Assembly (NCBI GenBank): GCA_051294375.1
Contig: CM119271.1
Span: 9,104,120-9,168,119, forward strand
Direction: 5' to 3'
DNA length: 64,000 nt
DNA from: Paraspadella gotoi
Taxonomy: Eukaryota > Animalia > Chaetognatha
Position 1 is the stretch's first letter. Each line of letters opens with the position of its first letter. The notes under the pieces are model-generated. The model ran no database searches. It was given only the letters and a program-made list of their open reading frames with translations, and was not told the DNA's origin. Both the position numbers and the translations under genes were made by a program. Positions 12,201 through 23,716 of this stretch are shown here, in pieces.

Positions 12201-15200
12201 TCCCAGCGTCTCTGATTCTCCGCTGCAGGTCGGCGCGGATTCAGCACGATCTCAATCTTATTTATCGTTCGGAGAAGGATTTGGAGAGGTTCTCTTCTCG
12301 GAAGCTGCGAAGGAGAAACTTCTTTGGATTTCAAATCTCAATCCAAGGGATTGCTCAGCGCCAGTCAACGACCTTCTCCCGGAGTGTTGTGCTTTGGAAG
12401 TGACAACGGACACTTCCATGGAGGGATGGGGCTTCCTGTTTCAGGGAGTTTGGGAGGATGCGGTTGCCCCTCTCCATATAACTGTGAAGGAGTTCATGGT
12501 TCTGCTCAGGTTCCTGCGTTCCTTCGGCGATCAGATTTGCAACAGCAATCTTCTGTGAAAGACAAAGTTTGGTGTCCATCGCTTGTCTCCGACGTTTTTG
12601 CAGCCGCTTGCCATCTCCCCACAAAGTTGTGAGAGAATTACTTGTCCTAGCGGATTCTCTGCGGATCCAAATCTTGGGTGTTCATGTTCCCTCAGAGGAG
12701 AACTTGGTTGCGGATGCGGCTTCTCGCGGGAGAGCAATTCAGGATTGACATTTGGATCCTTAAGTTTTTCGTCGGATTGCCCGAATCTTTCCTACAGCAC
12801 CATCAATTTGCATAGATCGGCAATTTCTGCAATTTCTGCAACTTGGCCCTGTTTTTGAGTTTGGATCGACTGACCGGTTCTGTTAGATGCCCGGTCCTGG
12901 CCTTGCGTTCCTGGTTGTTTGTCAGACAAGTTCTACGGCCTCAGCACGATTTTCTCTTCCCCGGCGCCGCCTCATGGACCTTTCTCTCCAGCGTTTTGCC
13001 ACCCGGAGAGATGCGGACATTGACGCGCCTCCTGGATCAACTCGCGCTATGGCAGTTTTGGAGGCCTTTGCTAAAGGAGTGAACTTGGATGTCATCCTTC
13101 GTGCTGGAGATTGGTCGGGCGCTCACTTTTCATTGTCGGGAGTCGGCTTGGGGCTTCTCTCAGCGGGGTCTTGTGGATGAGTGATTTTCCCCTCCGATGC
13201 ATCCCGAGAGGTGGAGCTGAGAGGAGGAGGAGTCTGCTCCTTCTGCTTTTCTCTGTCTTTCTTGTGGACACACGACATCTGGAACAAAAGAGCNNNNNNN
13301 NNNNNNNNNNNNNNNNNNNNNNNNNNNNNNNNNNNNNNNNNNNNNNNNNNNNNNNNNNNNNNNNNNNNNNNNNNNNNNNNNNNNNNNNNNNNNNNNNNNN
13401 NNNNNNNNNNNNNNNNNNNNNNNNNNNNNNNNNNNNNNNNNNNNNNNNNNNNNNNNNNNNNNNNNNNNNNNNNNNNNNNNNNNNNNNNNNNNNNNNNNNN
13501 NNNNNNNNNNNNNNNNNNNNNNNNNNNNNNNNNNNNNNNNNNNNNNNNNNNNNNNNNNNNNNNNNNNNNNNNNNNNNNNNNNNNNNNNNNNNNNNNNNNN
13601 NNNNNNNNNNNNNNNNNNNNNNNNNNNNNNNNNNNNNNNNNNNNNNNNNNNNNNNNNNNNNNNNNNNNNNNNNNNNNNNNNNNNNNNNNNNNNNNNNNNN
13701 NNNNNNNNNNNNNNNNNNNNNNNNNNNNNNNNNNNNNNNNNNNNNNNNNNNNNNNNNNNNNNNNNNNNNNNNNNNNNNNNNNNNNGCCATGAAGAATCCC
13801 GGTTCCATTTGGAACCATAAATTGAGAACGGAAGAGGAAAAAGGTAAAGAAAGAGAGGAAGCAACCAAAAAAAGATTTTTAACAAATAATGTTACAATAA
13901 GTGTTACTATAAATATGATATTCGAAATATTAATATCTAATTTTATTTAAATATAACTTTTACAATGTCAATACTGCCAATTTATTGGTTCATAATAAAG
14001 GCTTTTTTTCATTAAATTCTAACAATCATAAGGTCGATCCCCGGTGATTTGCCCACAATGTCAAAGAGAAGGAGCAGAGCCAGATATTTTGACGAACGAA
14101 GGATTTCCCGACAACGCTATAAAACGAATTCTGGCCAAAATGGAAGTAAAATGTGTCAGTTCCGGGTGCGATTGGAAGGGTATCCTTTCCGATTACGCAA
14201 AGCACGAAGACGAATGCGCATTTGCCGTTGTTGGGTGTCCCAACGATGGGTGCGATACAAAGATCGTCAGATCAGAACTGGCGAAGCATTTGCAGACATC
14301 TTGTACGAAAAGGATTGCAAAGTGCCCATCCTGTACAGCGTACGTGCGATTCGATGATATAGACAAACATTTGAGCACCGCTTGTCCTCGAACAGAAGAC
14401 GGACGACGATTTTGTCCATTTAATTGTCCCGACAAATTCGACGACAAAAGACTAGAGACTCACATAAACGAGAAGGTTGTATTTCATTTAGAGTGGGTCA
14501 GAAAAAGACTAGATGAGTTAGAGAATGCAGTAAACTCACAACCGCGCCGGCAGAATGTTAGCGTGCCCAGCGACGCGACGGAAGTCAAGAACGAAGACTC
14601 AGAAATGGAGGACTTGGACGAAACGGGCCCGGGGGTGTCGCAAATGGCGTCGCCACCTCCCCAACCGCTAAACGCTTTTTCACTTACTACTCCTTTCAAC
14701 ACGCCTGCGGATTTGGTCCGCATTAAGACGGAGATTGTATCGCTACAACAAAAAATCAGGCGACTGGAAGAAAGCAACCCGAGGCTTTACTCGGACTCGA
14801 TGCCTTCGACTTCAACCACGGCTACCGGCATGCCTTCCTCCGGGCATTTCGCCACGGCAACTATGAGCGGAGACGCGCCTCGAAAAGTGGAGTTGCTGCT
14901 TCGGAAGGCCGAGTCCTATGAGACAATGGTGACAGTGCTTAACGCAGCCATGGAGAGACTCCTTGTCCAGTTTGCCGAACTAGATGGCGAGAGGAGGAGG
15001 GAGAGAGAGACTATAGAAGGTCAACAACGAAAGATTCAGGTAGGCAATTTCTAATTTTTCATTTATCAAATATTATCTTGGCAATTATTGCTAATGATTT
15101 TAACTTTGGCGTTTGTGTTTTTAGCAATTGGAACATACTTTGGCACTCAAGGATGTTTCCATTGCTGAAATTCAACGGCGTTTGGACATGATCGAACACA

Positions 15201-18200
15201 CTTCCTACAACGGAACTCTTTTATGGAAAATTTCGAACTTTTTACAAAAACGACAAGAAGCTCTATCTGGACGACAGACCAGCATATATTCCCCTTGCTT
15301 TTATACAAATAGATTTGGTTATAAGATGTGCGCCAGGTATAGTAAGTCGCTGCTTGCAAAATTGTTATAAGTTTTAACCATGAGCAAAAGAGATTCCGCG
15401 AATTTTTTCACAAAAGGTAGGTTATCAAATTTTTTTTTGCACCGCGAGCACCCGCGAAGCAACTCTATAAGTACGTATTGCCCGTCTATCCAATGGTTAA
15501 TTTCATTTATATGTTAAACATAATTTGGGTTATATTATATCATTTTAAATAATGGTTTGCAGAGGAAGATTTGGCTTACCGTCCCATTATGAAATCCTCA
15601 TCGTCTTTTTTATCATCCTCTTCCTGCCCCTCAGTATATTTTACCTAGCAATTTGTTCTCGTTTTCTCTCCGTGAAATTTTTTATTTTTCCTCTATATTT
15701 TCTTACTCTTTCCATAGATGTACTCTGAAATGCTTGTTGATGTAATCGCTAGAAAAACATATGACTATAAAGTTGATTTGATATATTTGGCATAAAGGTA
15801 AATTGAATTTGAAGAGTGATCTCGTTCTCTCTCTCGTTTCTCTGCAGTCGGTTTCCTGAGGGAAGCCTCCTCTCTGATTGGTCAATCAGAAGAAAAGACG
15901 GAGAAGCCAAGAGAGACAAGCCACTTAATAATCCATTCTCTGCCTTGATATCCAAAATTTTTTTTTAATTTTAAATTTTTTTATCGGATTCTGATAAAGC
16001 TAGTAGATAAAGGTTAATATTACAACTTTTTAAAATTTTATTGATTTGTCAGTAATAATAAGCAAAAAATATCAAATGAATGATGATGATCATGGTGTTT
16101 TTTCAATATTTTACCCATTTATCATTCAAATTTTTAAAAGTTGTAATTCTAACCTTTATCTTTCTGACTTTTTTATCTCGATCAGAATATATTTAAAAAA
16201 ATTAACATATGAAAAATATTTAATAATTTCTTATATATTAATAAAATCCACAGACAGTCCACTAGGAATTATGAAGCTGTAATCTTTAGTCACCTGAGAC
16301 CCTTGTATAAACCCACCATTAGAATTATTCCAAGTCCTACCAGACTTAACCTTAACCAAGTCTTACCAGACTTAACCAAACCTTAGTTATTATTTCCAAC
16401 AAGATTTATCCAGTCTGAGTCTTTCCTGGACTTAAATGTTTTCAGTCACTCCTGGACTTAGACGTTAAGGTTTTTGCCCGAATTAAGGTTAATGCTGCGC
16501 AACACATTGGGTTCCGCGTACAAACGTTGCATTTAGGAAAAAAACGACTCTTTTCACTATTGTTCAGTTGTTACTTACAATATTGATTAACTATGTGCCA
16601 CAACACAAATTGGGCCGAACTAAGGATTCGTTAGAAACATCTCCACCCGTTTCTAATGATAAAATAGTACCATTTTGGCAACTTTTAGGAAAAAAAATTA
16701 TGTTTATTTTTGTCCATTTTTACTTACGACTTCTGATTTGAATGCCAAGGAAAGTTGAGAAAAATTTTTTACTTTGGAAATCCGTTCTTCCTTATCTTCT
16801 TTATCCCTGGGTAAATTTATTTGCTTAAATCATTTACAGTTTGCCTATGAATTTTAAAGTTAACAAGTCAAAAAGTTGCAGTTTCAGTCTTTATATTAAT
16901 TTGTTAAAAAAAATAATTCAAATTAGTTTAAATTAACAGAAAATATAGCTTATTGAATAAGCTTTTAACACCAATAAAATTTAAAAAAAAACTTTTTTCA
17001 TTTAGCCACAAATAATTTTTAAAGACAACTTTTAATTTGTGACTTTTTGTGACTTGCATTTATTTTTGATAAAGAGAATATTTATAAAAGATGGGGTACT
17101 TACTGACATTTATAAAACAAAAAAAACTGCATCATTTTACCCCAATGGAAAGCGTCAGGACTTTTTTCTCAGAATCGAACAGATTTTGCGGAAAATATTT
17201 TCCGCAAAATCTGTCATTTACTAAATCTGCCAGGCAACCAAAATTGAAATAAAATCTTTCTGTTACCTTTAATTTTCTTTCTTATAATGCATATAAGATT
17301 TTTTTTTTGATTTGGCTCAATGTAAACATAGTGAGAAGAAAGAGAAAAGGGAGAACAAGAAAAGGAGAAGGGGAGAGATTGAAAGAGGGGGAGAAAGGCA
17401 AAAAAGAAGGCAAATGGCGAAAAAAAAGTGAAACAAATGTAAGGTGGGAAAAGAGGGGAAAATTGAAAGAAAAAGAGGGGAAAAGAAAGGGAAAGAGAGA
17501 AGAAGAGAAAAAAGGCGAGGAAAGTGCAAAAATGGCAGAAAAGGTAGGGGCTAAAAAAATGGTAAGTGACAGCGTGAGAAGTAAGGGAGGAAAGAGGAAG
17601 AGAAAAATATAAAGAAAGAGAAGAAAAGAGGTGAGAAAAATAATCAGGAAAAGCGTATGAAGGAAAAAAAAAAGTTGTAAACAGATAATGTGGTGTCTTG
17701 CCTAAAAACTTTTATGTAAGTGAAAGACGTGAAGATTCTTATGAGGAATTCGATCTTTAAAAATCATCTGCACCATAAAAATTCAAGCATACTTTTTTCT
17801 AAAATAAGCGCAGTTAATGAGATTAGATGACAAGCATTGAAGAAATCATGTCTTACCGTATTTTTAACTCATAGAAATTTACATGGGAAGTTCTAAGTGA
17901 TAAGAAGGAGATAACTTGAGACTACCGTTTTTATAAATGAAGAAAGCTTTGTACTAACCAATGAGATCAAAAAAATATGGTAATTTTTGAAGTTCAGATT
18001 TCGTTGTCTAAAAGAGAGTCTGAACCATTGAAATTGATTTGCCTTGTATTTATGATCATGTAAGATGAGCTCGAAAGCTCGATTTGTGAATTACCAATGG
18101 ATTTTTAGAATCTTTTTGACAGGTAAGCTTTTGTTTGGGGACTAAAATCGTCACTGGCATTAACCGCAATTCGCCTTTCGTCCGTCTGAACTTTCTTCCG

Positions 18201-21200
18201 GCCATATTGGTATCAGGAAAGCGATGGAGCCTATTACATGTATGAATTCAAAAATATTGTGGTGACTAAAATCGCTAGGATTTTTCAAAAAGAAACACCG
18301 TACTTTGTCGTCTTTGTTAATGTACTGGCCGTCGCCATTATCTATGAGATTTGAGCCGCCGCAAGATTCAAATCATAACATCAAGCGAGAGCTGTATCTT
18401 GTGAAATACATTCAAAACCTCTTAGTCTTAGCTTTCAGTCGATGCTCAAAAAGTTGAAAATATTTATAGGATAATACCCTAATTAACATTGTAACATGAC
18501 AAGTCGTTTTTCTTTCCGCGCAAATAGAAGATTATCTCGGCTTAGTCAAACTTTTCATCCATGTTAGTTGGTTATTACTAATGATAATTTAAATTCAAAA
18601 ACATTTTTGGAATCCATTACAGAGAGAGTCTTCCTGCCTCAGATATATTTTACCAGCACTAATTTGTTCTCGTTTTCTCTCCGTGAAATTTTATTTTTCA
18701 CTACTATATTTTCTTATCTTCCATAGATGTAATCCTGAATTAGCTTGTTGATGTAATCGCTAGAAAACATATGACTATAAATTGATTTGATATATTTGCA
18801 TAAGGTAAATTGAATTTGAAGATGATCTCGTCTCTCTCGTTTCTCTCGAGTCGGTTTCCTGAGGAAGCCTCCTCTCTGATTGGTCAATCAGAAGAAAAGA
18901 CGGAGAAGCCAAGAGAGCAAGCCACTTAATAATCCATTCTCTGCCTTGATATCCAAATTTTTTTTATTTTAAATTTTTTTATCGGATTCTGATACAGGCT
19001 AGTAGTAAGAGTTAATATTACAACTTTTAAAATTTTATTGATTTGGTCATAATAAGAAGACAAAGTATCAAATGAAATGATTGATGATCATGGTGTTTTT
19101 TCTTTTACATTTATCATTCCAAATTTTAAAAGTTGTAATTCTATACCTTATATCTTTCTGACTTTTTATCTCGATCAGAATATATTTAAAATTAACATAT
19201 GAATTATTTATATTCTTATAATGAATTAATAAATCCACAGACAGTCCACTAGGAATTATGAAGCTGTATCTTTAGTCACCTGAGCACTTGTATAAACCCA
19301 CATCATAGAATTATTCCAAGTCCTACCAGACTTAACCTTAACCAAGTTTTAACCAGACTTAACCAAACCTTAGTTATTATTTCCAACAAGATTATATCGT
19401 ACTGAGTCTTTCCTGGACTTAAATGTTTTCAGTCACTCTGGACTTTAGACGTTAAGGTTTTGCCCGAATTAAGGTTAATGCTGCCAACACATTGTTCCGC
19501 GTACAAACGTTGCATTAGGAAAAAAACGACTCTTTTCACTATTGTTCAGTTGTTACTTACAATATTGATTAACTGTGCCACAACACAAATTGGGGCCGAG
19601 GGATCGTTAGAACATCTCCACCCGTTTCTAATGATAAGTACCATTTTGGCAACTTTTAGGAAAAAAATTATGTTTATTTTTGTCCATTTTTACTTACGAC
19701 TTCTGATTTGAATGCCAAGGAAAGTTGAGAAAAATTTTTTACTTTGGAAATCCGTTCTTCCTTATCTTCTTTATCCCTGGGTAAATTTATTTGCTTAAAT
19801 CATTTACAGTTTGCCTATGAATTTTAAAGTTAACAAGTCAAAAAGTTGCAGTTTCAGTCTTTATATTAATTTGTTAAAAAAAATAATTCAAATTAGTTTA
19901 ATAACAGAAAATATAGCTTATTGAATAAGCTTTTAACACCAATAAAATTTAAAAAAAAACTTTTTTTCATTAGTATTTTTTAAGACTTTTAATTATTTGT
20001 GACTTTTTGTGACTTGCATTATTTTAGATAAGAGAATATTATAAAAGATGGGGTACTTACTGACATTATAAAACAAAAAAAACTGCATCATTTTACCCCA
20101 ATGGAAAGCGTCAGGACTTTTTTCTCAGAATCGACAGATTTGCGGAAAATATTTTCCGAAAATCTGTCATTTACTAAATCTGCCAGGCAACCAAAATTGA
20201 AATAAATTTCTCTGTTCCTTTAATTTCTTCTTATAATGCATATAAGATTTTTTTTTGATTTGGCTCAATGTAAACATAGGTGAGAAGAAAGAGAAAAGGG
20301 AGAACAAGAAAAGGAGAAGGGGAAGATATTGAAAGAGGGGGAGAAAGGCAAAAAGAAGGCAAATGGCGAAAAAAAAGTGAAACAGTAATTGGTGGGAAAG
20401 AGGGGGAAAATTGAAAGAAAAAGAGGGGGAAAGGGGGAGAGAAGAAGAGAGAAAAAAGGCGAGGAAAGTGCAAAAATGGCAGAGGTAGGGGCTAAAAAAT
20501 GGTAAGTGACAGCGTGAGAAGTAAGGGAGGAAAGAGGGAGAGATAAAGAGAAGAAAAGAGGTGAGAAAAATAATCAGGAAGCGTATGAAGGAAAAAAATA
20601 TGTAAGATATGTGTTCTTGCCTAAAAACTTTTATGTAAGTGAAGACGTGAAGATTCTTATGAGGAATTCGATCTTTAAAAATCATCTGCACCATAAAAAT
20701 TCAAGCATACTTTTTTTCTAAATTAAGCAGTTAATTGGATGATTGACGATTGAAGAATTCATGTCTTTACCGTATTTTTTGCTTTTATGGGAAGTTCTAA
20801 GTGATAAGAAGGAGATAACTTGAGACTACCGTTTTTATAAATGAAGAAAGCTTTGTACTAACCAATGAGATCAAAAAATATGGTAATTTTGAAGTTCAGA
20901 TTTGTCGTTGTCTAAAAGAGGCTGAACCATTGAAATTGATTTGCCTTGTATTTATGGATCATGTAAGATGAGCTCGAAAGCTCGATTTGTGAATTACCAA
21001 TGGATTTTTAGAATCTTTTGACAGGTAAGCTTTTGTTTGGGACTAAAATCGTCACTGGCATTAACCGCAATTCGCCTTTCGTCCGTCTGAACTTTCTTCC
21101 GGCCATATTGGTATCAGGAAAGCGATGGAGCCTATTACATGTATGAATTCAAAAATATTGTGGTGACTAAAATCGCTAGGATTTTTCAAAAAGAAACACC

Positions 21201-23703
21201 GTACTTTGTCGTCTTTGTTAATGTACTGGCCGTCGCCATTATCTATGAGATTTGAGCCGCCGCAAGATTCAAATCATAACATCAAGCGAGAGCTGTATCT
21301 TGTGAAATACATTCAAAACCTCTTAGTCTAGCTTTCAGTCGATGCTCAAAAGTTGAAAATATTTATAGGATAATACCCTAATTAACATTGTAACATGACA
21401 AGTCGTTTTTCTTTCCGCGCAAATAGAAAATTATCTCGGCTTAGTCAAACTTTTCATCCATGTTAGTTGTGTTATTCTAATGATAATTTAAATTCAAAAA
21501 CATTTTTGGAATCCATTTATTCTTGGCTTTCAGTCGATGTCAAAACGTTATTAAAATAGCTTCCTTAAAAAAAGTTATATCACATTTTTTGNNNNNNNNN
21601 NNNNNNNNNNNNNNNNTTTTTGCCACAAGTCATCTTTTAAAAGTTTTCAAAAAGTAAGTTCTCTGTGACAGCTCATATGGAAACAATATATCATAGAAAA
21701 AAATAAAGACAGTTTTATCCGCTTGGCCTTGCCTTTAATTAATACCCATTCGCCTATTTAGTAATCTGTACATTTTGTTATAACTTTTCTAAACTGGATT
21801 TGTAAATGCTCCAGAGACAAATAAATTATGCTTAAAAGTATTTTGAGTCGGAGTAGGTTTAATTACCAATATTAGCACAACTTTAATTGACCAATGACTA
21901 CCTAGTGGAGCAATTTGATCAGTTTAGCGGTGCGCAGGTGCAGAAAAGCTGTCCTTCCCTTTGGAGTCATAAATAAATTGATTGGTATGAAATTTTGTAT
22001 GTGTGTAGGAAAGTGTGTGATTGAGCTGGAAATAAAGTTTCAATGGAATTATACTTTATACTTAATATTTAACTATTTTTACTTATAAATTGAAATGAAA
22101 TTTCTGTGTGATAGGAAAGTATGTGATAAAGATGGATATAAATTTTTGATGGAATCGTAGGAGTGGAAAAGATTTAAAAAATTGAAATAAATGTGTCTTT
22201 TGGTTTTCTATTTTAAAAAGTTTTTCTCTTGCTGTCTCTGATTGATTGATTGAATTGATTGATTGACCAAATTATGTCAGTTGACCAAATTATGTCAGTT
22301 GACCAAATTATGTCAGTTGACCAAATTATGCAATTAACCAAATTACACAATTTTACCAAATTACGTCCGTTGATTAAATTATGTCAGTTGACCTAAATAC
22401 GTGATTGTCATGTTACAATTTGTTATAATCTTTTAAGATCACAAATTGAGAATCAGAAAAAAAATACCACAATTTATCTTTGGATTATGGTGGACTAAAA
22501 TCCACCAACCGTTCATCAGTGGCCATTGGTGCCGGAGTCAAGTTATTTGCCTCCCAACCCAAAGGTCCGGGGTTCTAGCCCCGTGGCCGCCTAGCAGTTA
22601 AGAGGGACGGGGCGCTTAACCCGCCTGTAACATGGTGTTACAGCCTGATCCGAAGCTCAGGAACTGCTTATATTGAACGGTTCTGTCATTAACACTTATC
22701 GATAATTACTGTCTCTTCATTGGTGAGCCCGACTTCCGAACACAACAGCAACAACAACACTTTCAGGTGACATGCCTCAACCTGGCGATGCACTTTCCTC
22801 CAACAACACATCAGGCGACATGCCTCAATTTGGTGATGAACTTTCCACCAACAACAATTCACTGAAGAGACGCAATAGACTTCTCCCTACGGGAGGGGGG
22901 ATGTATGGTGGACTAAAATCCACCAACCGTTCATCAGTGGCCATTGGTGCCGGAGGCAAGTCATTCGCCTCCCAACCCAAAGGTCCGGGGTTCTAGCCCG
23001 GTAGCCGCCTAGCAGTTAAGAGGGACGGGGCGCTTCACCCGCCTGTAACATGGTGTTACAGCCTGATCCGAAGCTCAGGGACTGCTTATATTGAACGGTT
23101 CTGTCATTAACACTTATCGATAATTACTGTCTCTTCAGGATTAGCTTATTACTGCTTAATTATCGTCGGCAGATCTGACGTTGTTTGATCAAACTTGTTT
23201 TGAGACTATTCAATTACTTATTGATTTGTCAGTACTAAAGTTTCGACACGCAGCACCTGTGGACTTTCATATGGTTATAATATTAAGAGTGTCAAATTCC
23301 AACTTAAAATAGACGATATTTGTGGCACATAAATGGTCTTCGGTCAATGGTTTTATTTTGTTACAGAATGTATCTTAACGGCGATGGAATGGGAAAAGGG
23401 AAATACGTCTCTCTCTTCTTTGTAATTATGAGAAGCTCTGTGGATGCTCTTTTGCCATGGCCATTCAAGCAAAAAGTTACGCTGATGCTTTTGGATCAAG
23501 GGCCCACCGGTGAACATGTAATCGATGCTTTTAGACCCGACCCAAACTCTTCGTCTTTCAAGCGGCCTGTGTCGGACATGAATATTGCCTCGGGTTGCCC
23601 ACTATTTGTTCCTTTAACAATGTTAGATTCTAACAGAACGTACATCAAAGATGATACTGCTTTTGTAAAAATTATTGTTGACACACAAAACCTTCCTGAA
23701 TAA
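6240..23703 (+). CDS. TRAF2: TNF receptor-associated factor, TRAF2/3-like (RING, TRAF zinc fingers, coiled coil, MATH)
   Basis: Exons 6240(or 6288)-6519, 14033-15039, 15125-15336 and 23367-23703. RING CGRC…CGHRFCQVC|…CPQC, then FPDNA, SYNGTLLWKI…YTNRFGYKMCAR and YLNGDGMGKG…WPFKQKVTLMLLDQ…EHVIDAFRPD…MNIASGCPLF. TRAF2 versus TRAF3 orthology is not resolved. Confidence 0.9.
8575..8895 (+). pseudogene. Tc1/mariner-superfamily transposase C-terminal relic
   Basis: Translates as YPRGNYKWNQEETTRH…DFWPSSSDINLLEYSACGLLK…K*WDNL…CAAFQRRIKTVIRCEGGQM**, matching WPPxSPDLNPLDY..WG and …RLxAVIxxxGGH, with a premature stop. Confidence 0.75.
9003..9410 (+). mobile_element. Degenerate copy of the TRIM (mini LTR element) seen at 22486-23137
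   Basis: Internally deleted 5' LTR ending CTCTTCA (9119), PBS TGGTGTGCCCGAC, the same CAACAACA-rich internal region, PPT GGGGGTGGGGGGGA, then TGTATGGTGGACTAAAATCCACC starting the 3' LTR. Confidence 0.85.
9815..13293 (+). mobile_element. DIRS1-like tyrosine-recombinase retrotransposon, pseudogenised, in TRAF intron 1
   Basis: Inverted repeats at 9815-9948 and 13180-13293. Frameshifted RT (FFSKIFL…GWRPILNLKRL, YQYKVLPFGLATGP, YIDDILI), RNase H (TDTSMEGWG, HITVKE) and recombinase remnants (STINLHRSAIS; STRAMA…DVILRAGDWS). The right end runs into an N gap. Confidence 0.9.
13294..13785. other. Assembly gap (N run)
   Basis: Run of N. Smaller gaps occur near 21592, 57087, 57667 and 58119. Confidence 1.
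15619..21517. repeat. ~3-kb near-identical tandem duplication inside TRAF intron 3
   Basis: 15619-18618 is repeated at 18629-21517. Differences are mostly 1-bp indels; probably an assembly artefact. Confidence 0.9.
22263..22400 (+). repeat. 18-bp minisatellite (TTGACCAAATTATGTCAG)n
   Basis: Three perfect copies followed by about four decaying copies. Confidence 0.9.
22519..22590 (+). promoter_or_regulatory. tRNA-like (Gly-like) Pol III head within the LTR (second copy ~22938-23008)
   Basis: 72 nt closed by a 7-bp acceptor-like stem GTGGCCA/TGGCCGC. A-box-like TGGTGCCGGAG, CTCCCAA anticodon-like loop, T-arm with B-box-like GGTTCTAGCC. Confidence 0.7.
22593..22668 (+). ncRNA. Twister ribozyme, type P5 (circular permutation), in the 5' LTR
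   Basis: P5 AGCAGTT/AACTGCT; GAGG-GACGG; TAA-CCC-GCC; P3 CTGTAACA/TGTTACAG; P4 CCTGA/TCAGG with loop TCCGAAGC. The CCG/CGG pseudoknot is compensatory relative to the canonical CCC/GGG. Confidence 0.8.
23011..23086 (+). ncRNA. Twister ribozyme copy in the 3' LTR with a cleavage-site A>C change
   Basis: Same fold as 22593-22668, but TCA replaces TAA (C at 23036). Confidence 0.7.
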
Positions 23704-23716
23704 CGATGATAAGCGA

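Larger units (their letters stand above)
22486..23137 (+). mobile_element. TRIM / miniature non-autonomous LTR retrotransposon
   Basis: Direct ~235-bp LTRs at 22486-22719 and 22902-23137 (TGTATGG…CTCTTCA; the 5' LTR lacks 2 nt at its start). PBS TGGTGAGCCCGAC (22721-22733) is 1 mismatch from the tRNA-Trp 3'-end complement. PPT GGGAGGGGGGA (22891-22901). GGAT(T) flanks both ends as a TSD. No coding capacity. Confidence 0.92.
21843..23202 (-). mobile_element. Second Helentron/HINE-like copy (reverse strand) hosting the TRIM insertion
   Basis: The reverse complement of ~23165-23202 matches the start of the 4116 element (AAAACAAGTTTGATCAAACAACGTCAGATCTGCC). 21975-22180 is the reverse complement of its internal repeat. 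Confidence 0.55.

Noticed and set aside
13092-13950. Long ORFs in several frames
   Set aside because: They are artefacts of translating the N gap.
17307-17612. Lys/Glu/Arg-rich ORF (and Phe/Leu/Ser-rich antisense ORFs, also at 20167-20694)
   Set aside because: Purine-rich low-complexity intron tract; the frame is not preserved between the duplicate copies.
15619-21517. 3-kb tandem duplication as a biological event
   Set aside because: Copies differ mainly by scattered 1-bp indels and lie beside a gap, typical of long-read gap-filling or unmerged overlaps; needs a read-depth check.
22519-22590. Functional tRNA-Gly gene
   Set aside because: D and anticodon arms are imperfect, there is no T-run terminator, and it is embedded in an LTR; treated as a tRNA-derived head.
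22621-22668. 5S rRNA-derived (Cassandra-like) domain suggested by CTGATCCGAAGCT
   Set aside because: No C-box or wider 5S match; the segment is fully explained as twister P4/L4.
22772-22996. 74-aa ORF in the TRIM (and 9125-9393 equivalents)
   Set aside because: Runs across the PPT into the LTR, the frame is not conserved between copies, and there is no gag/pol similarity.
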